DNA of 64,000 nucleotides. Source: a bacterium. Its GTDB lineage: Bacteria > Patescibacteriota > Minisyncoccia > Phycocordibacterales > UBA2100. A program made the position numbers and the translations under genes. The DNA is taken from NCBI GenBank assembly GCA_030647655.1, contig JAUSJH010000006.1, positions 3,737 through 67,736 on the forward strand, in the 5' to 3' direction. The notes beneath the pieces were generated by a model. That model was not told the DNA's origin and did not search any database. It saw only the letters and a list, made by a program, of their open reading frames with translations. Positions 47,846 through 56,239 of the stretch are shown here, in pieces. The stretch's first letter is position 1. The number at the start of each line of letters is the position of its first letter.

Positions 47846-48331
47846 TCAGACTTGCACAATATTATCCGAGCGCACAGGATGTCGGCGTCGGTGGAGCATT
47901 TCCGCGATAATCCACACAAGTCCCATCGAGGCTGCGCCGAGCGTGAAAGCAATGGTCGCGTCGGGGCCTGCGAAACCAAAAGCTTCATTAAACATGCACA
48001 GGAACCTAGAGGCCCGGCACGCGTCAGGCGATACCGGACTTTGCTCACTCGCAGTAAAGCTCTGTGTGTTTTGCGGACGCCATTGTATGTCTTGCACTGT
48101 CATCCCCTGTTTTCCTGCTTCATCCGTGAGGAGGTCTACCATCGCGTCGAGCTCGGCATTGGACAGTCCGGAAGTACGTGGATCGCTCAAGAGTTCAGCG
48201 CGAATGGTGGAGCGCAAATCACCCTGTGCAACGGTCTGTGCGTACAGGACGAAGGGGAAAAATGCAAAGAGGCACGTGAAGAGAACGAGTGCGAAGTAAA
48301 ATGAGAGTGTTGTGTGCGTGCGCATGTGCAT
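47846..48331 (-). CDS. hypothetical membrane protein
   Basis: 161-aa ORF, N- and C-terminal hydrophobic helices. Confidence 0.4.
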   Translation of the reverse strand: MHMRTHTTLSFYFALVLFTCLFAFFPFVLYAQTVAQGDLRSTIRAELLSDPRTSGLSNAELDAMVDLLTDEAGKQGMTVQDIQWRPQNTQSFTASEQSPVSPDACRASRFLCMFNEAFGFAGPDATIAFTLGAASMGLVWIIAEMLHRRRHPVRSDNIVQV

Positions 48332-48337
48332 ATTGTA

Positions 48338-49732
48338 CTACTGTTCGTTGAAAATGGGAACGATGTTGACCGTGGTCGAGTCTGTCACGCTCGGGGGCGA
48401 GGAGCCTTCAAGCCCTTGGCAGAGAATGGTGAAGACGGTCTGGGCATTAATCAGCTTCGAGGTTTGGATAATCTCGGTAGAACAGGCACCCCCCAGACAA
48501 CTCCATGAATCATTATTGGTACTAGTCACCGTGCACGATGCGACATAGTCAGCTTTCCATTTGACTTGCACGGCATTGTTCCTCTGCACTAAAAGAGGTC
48601 GAACACTCCAAGTGACTATCGAAGGAGGTGGTGCCCCGATACACGCGCCGCCGGAACAGCCGTAATCGCAACTCTGGTAGAGTGACTCGGTGCAACTTGC
48701 CCCGCTTCGCCGATACAGATCATTTCCACGACATACGAACGGCGGCGTGCATTGACTAATCGACTGCGTATATTGGCACTTTCGTTCAGACGTGCATCGC
48801 GTTACAGACAGCCAGCGAAGGTCCTGCGCCGGGTTTGTATCTCCTGTACATACTGTCGCATTTGAAGGTAGTGACCCTGTGCAGGCTCCTGCTGACTGCG
48901 TATATTGGCACTTTCGTTCAGACGTGCATCGCGTTACAGACAGCCAGCGAAGGTCCTGCGCCGGGTTTGTATCTCCTGTACATGCTGTCGCATTTGAAGG
49001 TAGTAATCCTGTGCAGACTCCCGCTGACTCCGTATATTGGCACTTTCGTTCAGACGTGCATCGCGTTACAGACAGCCAGCGAAGGTCCTGCGCCGGGTTT
49101 GTATCTCCTGTACATGCTGTCGCATTTGAAGGTAGCGATCCTGTGCAGCTCCCCCCTCCCACTCCACCAACAGTAACACTTGCCGTACACGTCGCTGGCA
49201 AAGGCTGGGCGTGGATTGTGCCTATGCGATAGTAATCAGTTCCTGTGAGAGTATAAGTCACCGTGCCAGCTGTGTTTGGAGCAGTAACATTGCGAGAGCC
49301 ACTAAGGGTGGCGCTCCCGCTATCCGTGACATTGAGCCCGCCAGGATTGATTGAACCGTCAAATCTATGGCGCGAATTTGGGTAACCGATAGAAAAACCA
49401 CCAGTCGGCGGCGGTCGCGTCACGCGCCATGTAAGCCTGAATTGACGGCCCGCATCGGGGGGCGTATCCGAAGGGGTGAGCGTACAAATGGCACCAGATG
49501 AACTACAATTAGGCACACCTGTATCGCCCGCAAAATGCGGAGGCGCTGACGGGCATGAGGCTGGGACAATCGCAAGTCCGTGCGGGGAGGCATCGGTGAA
49601 TTTCACCTCGGCGGATGCAAAAGGTTTTTGTGTGTTTGAAGCGATACCGGAGAGGAGTAGCGCGATCGCAACGAGCGCGGCAATCAATAGCAACTCTTTC
49701 CTCAAAACAACCCAATGTAGATGTTTTTTCAT
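48338..49732 (-). CDS. secreted protein with three near-identical 41-aa Cys-containing tandem repeats, hypothetical
   Basis: Signal peptide; repeat CTGSLPSNATACTGDTNPAQDLRWLSVTRCTSERKCQYT.S three times. Confidence 0.5.
   Translation of the reverse strand: MKKHLHWVVLRKELLLIAALVAIALLLSGIASNTQKPFASAEVKFTDASPHGLAIVPASCPSAPPHFAGDTGVPNCSSSGAICTLTPSDTPPDAGRQFRLTWRVTRPPPTGGFSIGYPNSRHRFDGSINPGGLNVTDSGSATLSGSRNVTAPNTAGTVTYTLTGTDYYRIGTIHAQPLPATCTASVTVGGVGGGSCTGSLPSNATACTGDTNPAQDLRWLSVTRCTSERKCQYTESAGVCTGLLPSNATACTGDTNPAQDLRWLSVTRCTSERKCQYTQSAGACTGSLPSNATVCTGDTNPAQDLRWLSVTRCTSERKCQYTQSISQCTPPFVCRGNDLYRRSGASCTESLYQSCDYGCSGGACIGAPPPSIVTWSVRPLLVQRNNAVQVKWKADYVASCTVTSTNNDSWSCLGGACSTEIIQTSKLINAQTVFTILCQGLEGSSPPSVTDSTTVNIVPIFNEQ
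48776..49145. repeat. 123-bp tandem direct repeat, 3 copies, over 95% identical
   Basis: Period measured from the recurring tatattggcactttcgttcagacgtgcatcgcg at 48779, 48902 and 49025. Confidence 0.8.
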
Positions 49733-49774
49733 GCGTTCTTGCTATCAACTATCAACTGCGAACTATTCACTACT

Positions 49775-50638
49775 TCATTGTACCGTGCTCGAGGCAAGCG
49801 ACTGCTCTATGGTGTGCATATTGCCAGACACGGCCTTTTTGAACGCCGCGAGTCCATCACTCGCGATCTTTGGGTCGTTGCCGGGGTATGCAACGAGCCA
49901 CTGCTTTTCTGTGGTCTTTCGTACCTCCGCGTCGGCACGTTGTACGTATACAAGCGCTCCTGCATAATCCCCCATCTCATAGAGCGCAGTCGCTTGTGAA
50001 TTAAGAAGCCACGGGTTATCGGGAAAATTCTCGAGGCCGCGCGCAGTTGCCGCCGCGGCTTCTTCTGGTCGATTTGCTTTGAGCAATACCCACGCATAAT
50101 CATTGAGGGCCGCCCAGTTCGTCGGGTCGTACTCAAGATAGCGCTCATAGTCTTTCGCAGAAGCGTCATATTTGCCCATATAACCCTCAATGAGTCCGCG
50201 GACATAGTATGAATTCGGAGTTTCGTCTCCGTGCATGCTTATCTGGAAATCTATCTTGGCGAGTGCCGCGTTGAAACGGCCTTTCAAAAAATCAATACGC
50301 GCGAGTTCGTGGTAGAGGTAGAGGATTGTCGGATCAAGTGCCGCCGCTTTCTTGAAGAAGTATTCGGCGCGAGCGATATCGTAAGCCGATGAATTGCTCG
50401 CATTGAAATGCCGCTCGCCATAGGCAAAAGCGCGGGCGGCTGTGGGATTGATAACGTAGAGTGCGTCCTCGCCCGCGTTCCGCAAACTTTGCGGCGCTGT
50501 ATTCCATGTAAGAGCAAGACCGAGCACGAAGAGAACAGCTAATCCCGCGGCATGTGCGTGAACGCGCGTTATCCCCCATACTTTCACCCCGTTAGAAAAT
50601 GCCCTCTTTCTAACGGGCGAGCTTGACTTTTCACACAT
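49775..50638 (-). CDS. tetratricopeptide (TPR) repeat protein, membrane-anchored
   Basis: N-terminal TM; multiple TPR-like 34-aa units (YYVRGLIEGYMGKYDASAKDYERYLEYDP...). Confidence 0.6.
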   Translation of the reverse strand: MCEKSSSPVRKRAFSNGVKVWGITRVHAHAAGLAVLFVLGLALTWNTAPQSLRNAGEDALYVINPTAARAFAYGERHFNASNSSAYDIARAEYFFKKAAALDPTILYLYHELARIDFLKGRFNAALAKIDFQISMHGDETPNSYYVRGLIEGYMGKYDASAKDYERYLEYDPTNWAALNDYAWVLLKANRPEEAAAATARGLENFPDNPWLLNSQATALYEMGDYAGALVYVQRADAEVRKTTEKQWLVAYPGNDPKIASDGLAAFKKAVSGNMHTIEQSLASSTVQ

Positions 50639-50651
50639 AATCTTATCTTGG

Positions 50652-51845
50652 TTATGATGGATTTCTCCCCGCCTTGTGCGGGGGGATTTTATTTTGATCC
50701 GGCAATTCAGTATGCTTCGCCTGCTCGTGTAAGAGCATGTCGGTATAATTCTCGCGATTCACAACAGCAAACCGCGCGGCGGGATATGTTTCCCTCCAGA
50801 GCGCAGGCGCCCGTGCACTGCCCGACCACTTACACTCGATCGCGGTAAGCACTCCGCTTTTCTCCCGTACGATATCAACCTCATGTCCCGCGTGTGTCCG
50901 CCAAAAGTAGAACGTTGCAAAATCTTCAGCGATGCCGCTTTGCTTCACCAGCTCCATAAAGACAAAATTTTCCCATAATTGTCCAACATCGTTGCGAAGA
51001 TGGAGCGGGTTAAATTGGCCGATGAGGGCATTTCTCACTCCGAGATCGACAAAATAGTATTTCGCCTTCCTTGAAATCTCGTTCCGCAAATTTCGACTGT
51101 AGGCTCGCACTTTTTTAATAACAAACATTTTTTCCATGACGTCAAGATACCGCCCTACGGTTTTCCCGTCGAGACTGGTGAGTCTCCCGATTTCATTAAG
51201 CGACACCTCTGAACCAATTTGAAACGCGAGTGCACGAACAACATTCAATAAGGAATCCGGCGAACGCACTTTGTCGAGCGCGAGTATGTCTTTAAACAGA
51301 TACGAGGACACAAGTTCGTTCAAGATTTTCTCTTTTGTGTGTGCATCGCGTTCCTTTAAGACTTCTGGGTATGATCCGTGAATAAGGAGGTCGGGAAGTG
51401 CATTCTTGAGCTCAAATTCACTCGCGTCCATTTCAGATTGAGCAAAAGGAAAAAGTGTAAGAGTAAAATGTCTTCCCGTAAGTGGCTCGCCCACCTGCTG
51501 AGACAGATCAAACGATGACGAACCGGTCAGGATAATTTCTTTTTCCGGGTACTCGTCGACAATCATCTTGACTCCGAGTCCGATCAGGGGAACTTGTTGA
51601 GCCTCGTCAATCGCGACAATTTCAAAAGGCGCTGCAAATTTCAAAATGTCATCCCGTATTTGCGAGGAAAAGAGCGCTCGAAGGCGAATGTCATCTCCCG
51701 AAGCAAGAAAGGTTTTTCGGTGGGCATTTTTCTTTAAATACTCTTTAAGCAAGGTTGTTTTCCCTGTGCGTCGTGGTCCATACACGATAAGGGCCCGGCC
51801 CTGCTTGATATTTTCTTCAATACTCTGAAGTCGGTGAAATTGCAT
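50652..51845 (-). CDS. AAA family ATPase with DUF4143 (COG1373)
   Basis: Walker A GPRRTGKTT, Walker B IVAIDEAQ, C-terminal DUF4143-like region. Confidence 0.75.
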   Translation of the reverse strand: MQFHRLQSIEENIKQGRALIVYGPRRTGKTTLLKEYLKKNAHRKTFLASGDDIRLRALFSSQIRDDILKFAAPFEIVAIDEAQQVPLIGLGVKMIVDEYPEKEIILTGSSSFDLSQQVGEPLTGRHFTLTLFPFAQSEMDASEFELKNALPDLLIHGSYPEVLKERDAHTKEKILNELVSSYLFKDILALDKVRSPDSLLNVVRALAFQIGSEVSLNEIGRLTSLDGKTVGRYLDVMEKMFVIKKVRAYSRNLRNEISRKAKYYFVDLGVRNALIGQFNPLHLRNDVGQLWENFVFMELVKQSGIAEDFATFYFWRTHAGHEVDIVREKSGVLTAIECKWSGSARAPALWRETYPAARFAVVNRENYTDMLLHEQAKHTELPDQNKIPPHKAGRNPS

Positions 51846-52217
51846 ATATTCAGGGTATACTAAACCTCAAATTGTGTCAAATCTGCGGTGTGGAGAACCG
51901 AGAATCTACTTCTTTGCCGCTACAGAATCACTTGCCGTCCAGCCATATGCGAGTTTTTGTATCATGCCCCTTCCAGAAATCCTTTTTCATCCCGTGTATC
52001 GTACCACGGTGAACACTTTAGGTTCGCTGCGCAACTCACGCGAGCTCATGATACACGTACAGAAGCGTCGGGTCTTTTGCGGCCGCAAGATCAAAAAAAT
52101 GCTCTGTACGTTTGATATCGTACTGTGAAGGTCAATGCGCTGTGTGAAATCCCTTTTCTTCGACTCTGGCCCCGAAAACCCCTGTCTTTCCCGGGAATTA
52201 AGCGGGGACTCTTTCGG

Positions 52218-53300
52218 TTATTTGAAATCCGCCTCCGTCCAGCCGAGCGAAATGACGAGTTGTTTGAATTTCGGATCAATCGAAGCGAGGAGAATAACAT
52301 TGTTTTTCGCACCAAGACGATTCTCGCGTTCGTTTCTGAGAAAACTCGCAAAAGAGATGCCGTGTGCTTCGTAGTCTTCATTGAGTGGGGCGAGAATGTC
52401 TCTGATGTCGGTACTGCGAACAGTCCCGAATGTTCTCGCAAGATACACTGCGTATTGAAAACGTGTCGTTGCGTCATATTGTAAGTGGTACACAGAGAAT
52501 AGATTGAGTAAATCCGCAAAATCTTTCTCTGGGTCTCCAAAAGAGGTGTCTCCGAGCTGAGTCATCCTACCGACTATAATCGCCCGACGTTCAAGCGAAT
52601 ACACAAGCATGTACGCTTGCGTTGAGTCGCCACGAATCTGATCGAGATTGCTGTCGGCAAGTTTGATTTTCTGCCGAATGATTTCTTTATACTCGGGATG
52701 CGACACGGGGTCTTTCGCAAGCTGGCTCGAGTACCAATTTGCAATATACAACTCCGAAAGAGCAAGTGGGTACAGTGAGGTCGCGTATTCAAAGAGGTGA
52801 CGATAGGTGAGTGAACTATCTCCCTTCACTACAAAATCACTGTACGGTTCGTCTTTGAAAATTTCTTCCGTGATGCGCGGGTCGCCATAACGATAGAACA
52901 TCCACGCCATTCTCTGTACCGCCGATGCGCGAGTATGAAGTGAGTATGCATTCTTGTCTGCCGCGATCTCTTTCAGGACCGAGACGGCTTCTGCATAATT
53001 ACCAATGGGCTCGTCAGCATTCACGAGCCAGAATTTTATTACCGCTTGCTCTACTGGATTGCTTGTACCCGCAAGCGCATTTCGAAACTGTGCTCCGGCG
53101 GAGGAATACGCGCCGCTTTTCTGGAGTTGGATGGCACTTACAAACGCGGGGTTATCTGCCGTCAGCTGATTATACCCATCAAGCGCTGTTTGATATCGGT
53201 ACGGACTGGTTTGCTGAAAAAATCCTAGATACCACAGTCCAAAAACACCAAGTGTAGTGAAAGAGAGTAAAACCAGCCCGATGATAATCCTTCTAGTCAT
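52218..53300 (-). CDS. hypothetical membrane-anchored protein
   Basis: 360 aa with N-terminal TM helix; alpha-rich; no family recognised. Confidence 0.4.
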   Translation of the reverse strand: MTRRIIIGLVLLSFTTLGVFGLWYLGFFQQTSPYRYQTALDGYNQLTADNPAFVSAIQLQKSGAYSSAGAQFRNALAGTSNPVEQAVIKFWLVNADEPIGNYAEAVSVLKEIAADKNAYSLHTRASAVQRMAWMFYRYGDPRITEEIFKDEPYSDFVVKGDSSLTYRHLFEYATSLYPLALSELYIANWYSSQLAKDPVSHPEYKEIIRQKIKLADSNLDQIRGDSTQAYMLVYSLERRAIIVGRMTQLGDTSFGDPEKDFADLLNLFSVYHLQYDATTRFQYAVYLARTFGTVRSTDIRDILAPLNEDYEAHGISFASFLRNERENRLGAKNNVILLASIDPKFKQLVISLGWTEADFK

Positions 53301-53327
53301 AAAAATATGTTTGGCGCAGGTCTAGCC

Positions 53328-53687
53328 CTAGCCACCTTCGCCACCTTCGCCACCTTCGCCACCTTCGCCTTCGCCTTCGCCTTCGCCTTCGCCTTCGCCT
53401 TCGCCGCCACTACCTTCGCAGCCCGCAGTGCCGTCTGAAGTGCCTTCGGCGCTACCCCCACTACCGCCACTACTACCATCACAGCTACCGGCGCTACTGC
53501 CTTCCCCACTACCTTCACCGCTACCGGCTGCATCGGCGTGAACGTATGGAGCGGGAAACGAGAGCGTATTTGAAAGCCCGTGACCGCGTGATTCTCCCCC
53601 AAGAATGGTCAGTACAAATGCAAGCGTGGTCAATACAATGTACACCGCAAATTTAAATACTCTTTTTATGAGGATGGCCATAATCAA
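53328..53687 (-). CDS. small membrane protein with Gly/Glu/Ser low-complexity tail
   Basis: N-terminal TM; tail ...GEGEGEGEGEGEGGEGGEGG encoded by hexamer microsatellite. Confidence 0.35.
   Translation of the reverse strand: MIMAILIKRVFKFAVYIVLTTLAFVLTILGGESRGHGLSNTLSFPAPYVHADAAGSGEGSGEGSSAGSCDGSSGGSGGSAEGTSDGTAGCEGSGGEGEGEGEGEGEGEGGEGGEGGEGG
53330..53410. repeat. (CACCTTCGC)4 + (CTTCGC)6 microsatellite (GAAGGC on coding strand)
   Basis: Direct reading of 53331-53407. Confidence 0.8.
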
Positions 53688-53797
53688 AATACTCGACTCA
53701 ATGGTAGCACGCGCGATGAAAAATGTTACCGAACAATGGGGATAAAAAGGTCGTGGTATGGTAGCTTAACATGTGCAATACTGCTGGCTAAATAGCT

Positions 53798-55480
53798 ATG
53801 GAGCATACGGGCAAAAAACAGCGGGGCATGGATTCTCTTGCCGTACTACACTACGCGCTTGCGAACAGAGCCTTTAGGATGCGCGAAGAACAGCGGATGG
53901 TCACCCAAAGCGGTGACCCGTGCAGATGGTTCTTTGATTTTAGAAGCATACTCCTCGAGGGACCCACACTCACTGTAATCTCCGAGCTTTTCTGGAAACA
54001 ACTAAAATCAGAAGTGCCGTTTCAAGTAGGAGGACTCGAGACGGCGGCAATCACGCTTGTTGCGGGTGTAGTCCTCAAGGCAAAAGCCGACAATGTTATT
54101 GTCAATGGCTTTTATGTGCGAAAATCGCGCAAAAAAGACGGCATCCAGCAGATGGTAGAAGGAGCTCTAGGCGACGAGAAGGTCATTCTCATAGACGACG
54201 GGCTCAATAGCGGCAAGAGTTTAATACGACAAATTGAACTGCTTCATCTTCTGGGGAAAAAAGTGCATGCCGTTTGCGTCATGGTGCGGTTCCGCGACCT
54301 TTCGTTCTACAGGTATTTCCACGAAAACGGAATCCGCATCATCTCACTTTTCACGCTCGATGACTTTCCGGAAACTGGCGGAATCGAGAAATATGCACGT
54401 GACAATGCAGAAAAAAGTACGTCAGCGGCACACATCCCCTTCATTCTACACTGGAAATTTGAGAGCAAAGACCCAAGTTACTTTCATATACTCCCCAAAT
54501 CCGCGCCCGCAATCGATGACGAGCGTGTATATTTCGGCGCGGACAATGGTACCCTGTGGGCACTCAATCAATCCGATGGTTCGGTCGCATGGAGTTACAA
54601 GACATTATTTGGTGCGGGAAAAAAGCGGATTTTCTCTTCGCCCGCTGTACATGATGGCATCGTGTATTTCGGTGCATACGACGGGAATTTCTATGCGTTG
54701 GATGCAAAAACCGGAAAAAAGAAGTGGATATACAGAGAGGCTGATTGGATCGGTTCATCGCCGTGCGTTGCAGAAGATTTTGGTACCATCTTCATAGGAC
54801 TCGAATTCGGACTCTGGAACAAACAGGGGGGCATCGCGGCGCTTGACTTAAAAACGGGCGAAAAAAGATGGTGGCGGTACGTCAAGACAATGGTGCATTC
54901 TTCCCCCGCACACTCAAGAGAGTATTGTGTCGTTATAGTCGGGAGTACGAGTGGCACGGTGTATGCCTTTAATGCGAAGTCCGGCGAGCCGCTTTGGACA
55001 TTTCAGACCGATGGCGCAGTGCGCGCAGGGTTCGCATTCGACGAAACATACGGTTATGTCTGTTTCGGTTCGGAGGATAAATATACTTATGTGCTCAATA
55101 CAAAGAATGGGACGCTTGTGTATAAAGTAGAAACATTAGAACCTATATACTCAACTCCGCTGGTTGCGAACGGACGATTGTATTTCGGAGTCTTGGACAA
55201 ACGGGTTCTCTGCGTCGACCTTACGACAGGAAGTGTCCTTTGGACCTTCTGGACAAGCTCACGCATATTTGCAACTCCCTTAATGGTAGATGGACATATT
55301 TTTATTGGAAGCAATGACGGACGGCTTTACGAGCTTGACGCAACAACGGGCAAAGAGATGGGCTACTTTCAGACAACCGAGCGCATCGTCAACAAAGTAG
55401 CGTATAATCCGACAACGAAAAGATTCTTCGTGCCGACGTACGCCAACGAGTTGTATTGTCTTGAGAGAAAAAACGAGTAA
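53798..55480 (+). CDS. phosphoribosyltransferase-like domain fused to PQQ-like beta-propeller repeat protein
   Basis: N-terminal EKVILIDDGLNSGKSL (type I PRTase PRPP-binding motif); C-terminal repeated ...DG.VYFGA.DG.LYALDA.TGK.KW blades. Confidence 0.5.
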   Translation: MEHTGKKQRGMDSLAVLHYALANRAFRMREEQRMVTQSGDPCRWFFDFRSILLEGPTLTVISELFWKQLKSEVPFQVGGLETAAITLVAGVVLKAKADNVIVNGFYVRKSRKKDGIQQMVEGALGDEKVILIDDGLNSGKSLIRQIELLHLLGKKVHAVCVMVRFRDLSFYRYFHENGIRIISLFTLDDFPETGGIEKYARDNAEKSTSAAHIPFILHWKFESKDPSYFHILPKSAPAIDDERVYFGADNGTLWALNQSDGSVAWSYKTLFGAGKKRIFSSPAVHDGIVYFGAYDGNFYALDAKTGKKKWIYREADWIGSSPCVAEDFGTIFIGLEFGLWNKQGGIAALDLKTGEKRWWRYVKTMVHSSPAHSREYCVVIVGSTSGTVYAFNAKSGEPLWTFQTDGAVRAGFAFDETYGYVCFGSEDKYTYVLNTKNGTLVYKVETLEPIYSTPLVANGRLYFGVLDKRVLCVDLTTGSVLWTFWTSSRIFATPLMVDGHIFIGSNDGRLYELDATTGKEMGYFQTTERIVNKVAYNPTTKRFFVPTYANELYCLERKNE

Positions 55481-56239
55481 TTAACCGAGGACGAGCGAGC
55501 AGATGGCAGATTCGGAGAATCCGTCTATATCCAGAAGTCTTTCGATTTCCGGCTCGCGCACGCCGTCGATTGCGCAACATTTGATACCGAGTGCGGTGGC
55601 GACGAGATAGATGTTTTGGACGATAGCCCCCGCCTCAATGAGGATTTGCCGATACCCCCGCTCGCCGTACTTCATTTGATTGCGCTCGAAAACGGCCGTT
55701 ATTACAAGTGCACACGAGGCGTTTTGCGCCCATGGATAGGTGAAAAGCTCTGCGATATCCTCTTTCACAAAGGCCCGGGTCCATAATGCATCAAGTCCGT
55801 GCTCCTTGATGTTGTAGTGATAAAGACCCGATGGAATCCCATCACCTCCGACAAAGATAATCGGATATACTTCGAGAGGATAACGCCCGCCTCCGGAGGG
55901 CTGTGCGCGATGGTACCCATTTTCCTCCTCGCTCGTTGTGCCACAGGCGTACTTCAAGAGGGTACCCAACCTGGCTTTATTTAGAGGCCGCCCTGCAAAG
56001 TCGCGATGCGAACGGCGTGAGCGTATAAGGTTGGACAAATCCCCGCGTGGTCGTGCGTCGCCGAGTGTAATCGTCTTAAAACGCGGATACTGTTTGTAGA
56101 AGAGGGTTTTCCACTCAACTGGCCATAGACTCGAATCGAGTGGTATATTCACGCCCCCCTCTCCAGAACGGTCCTTGGAAGATTGATGAAAAAGCCCCGA
56201 GAAATCTATGTGCATACTTATGGAAACGGGTGTGGCCAT
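55481..56239 (-). CDS. SagB-type (McbC-like) FMN-dependent dehydrogenase / nitroreductase family
   Basis: RRSHRDF, PSGGGRYPLEVY, IEAGAIVQNIY hallmarks of the SagB/ThcOx family; overlaps the YcaO gene by 22 nt. Confidence 0.7.
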   Translation of the reverse strand: MATPVSISMHIDFSGLFHQSSKDRSGEGGVNIPLDSSLWPVEWKTLFYKQYPRFKTITLGDARPRGDLSNLIRSRRSHRDFAGRPLNKARLGTLLKYACGTTSEEENGYHRAQPSGGGRYPLEVYPIIFVGGDGIPSGLYHYNIKEHGLDALWTRAFVKEDIAELFTYPWAQNASCALVITAVFERNQMKYGERGYRQILIEAGAIVQNIYLVATALGIKCCAIDGVREPEIERLLDIDGFSESAICSLVLG

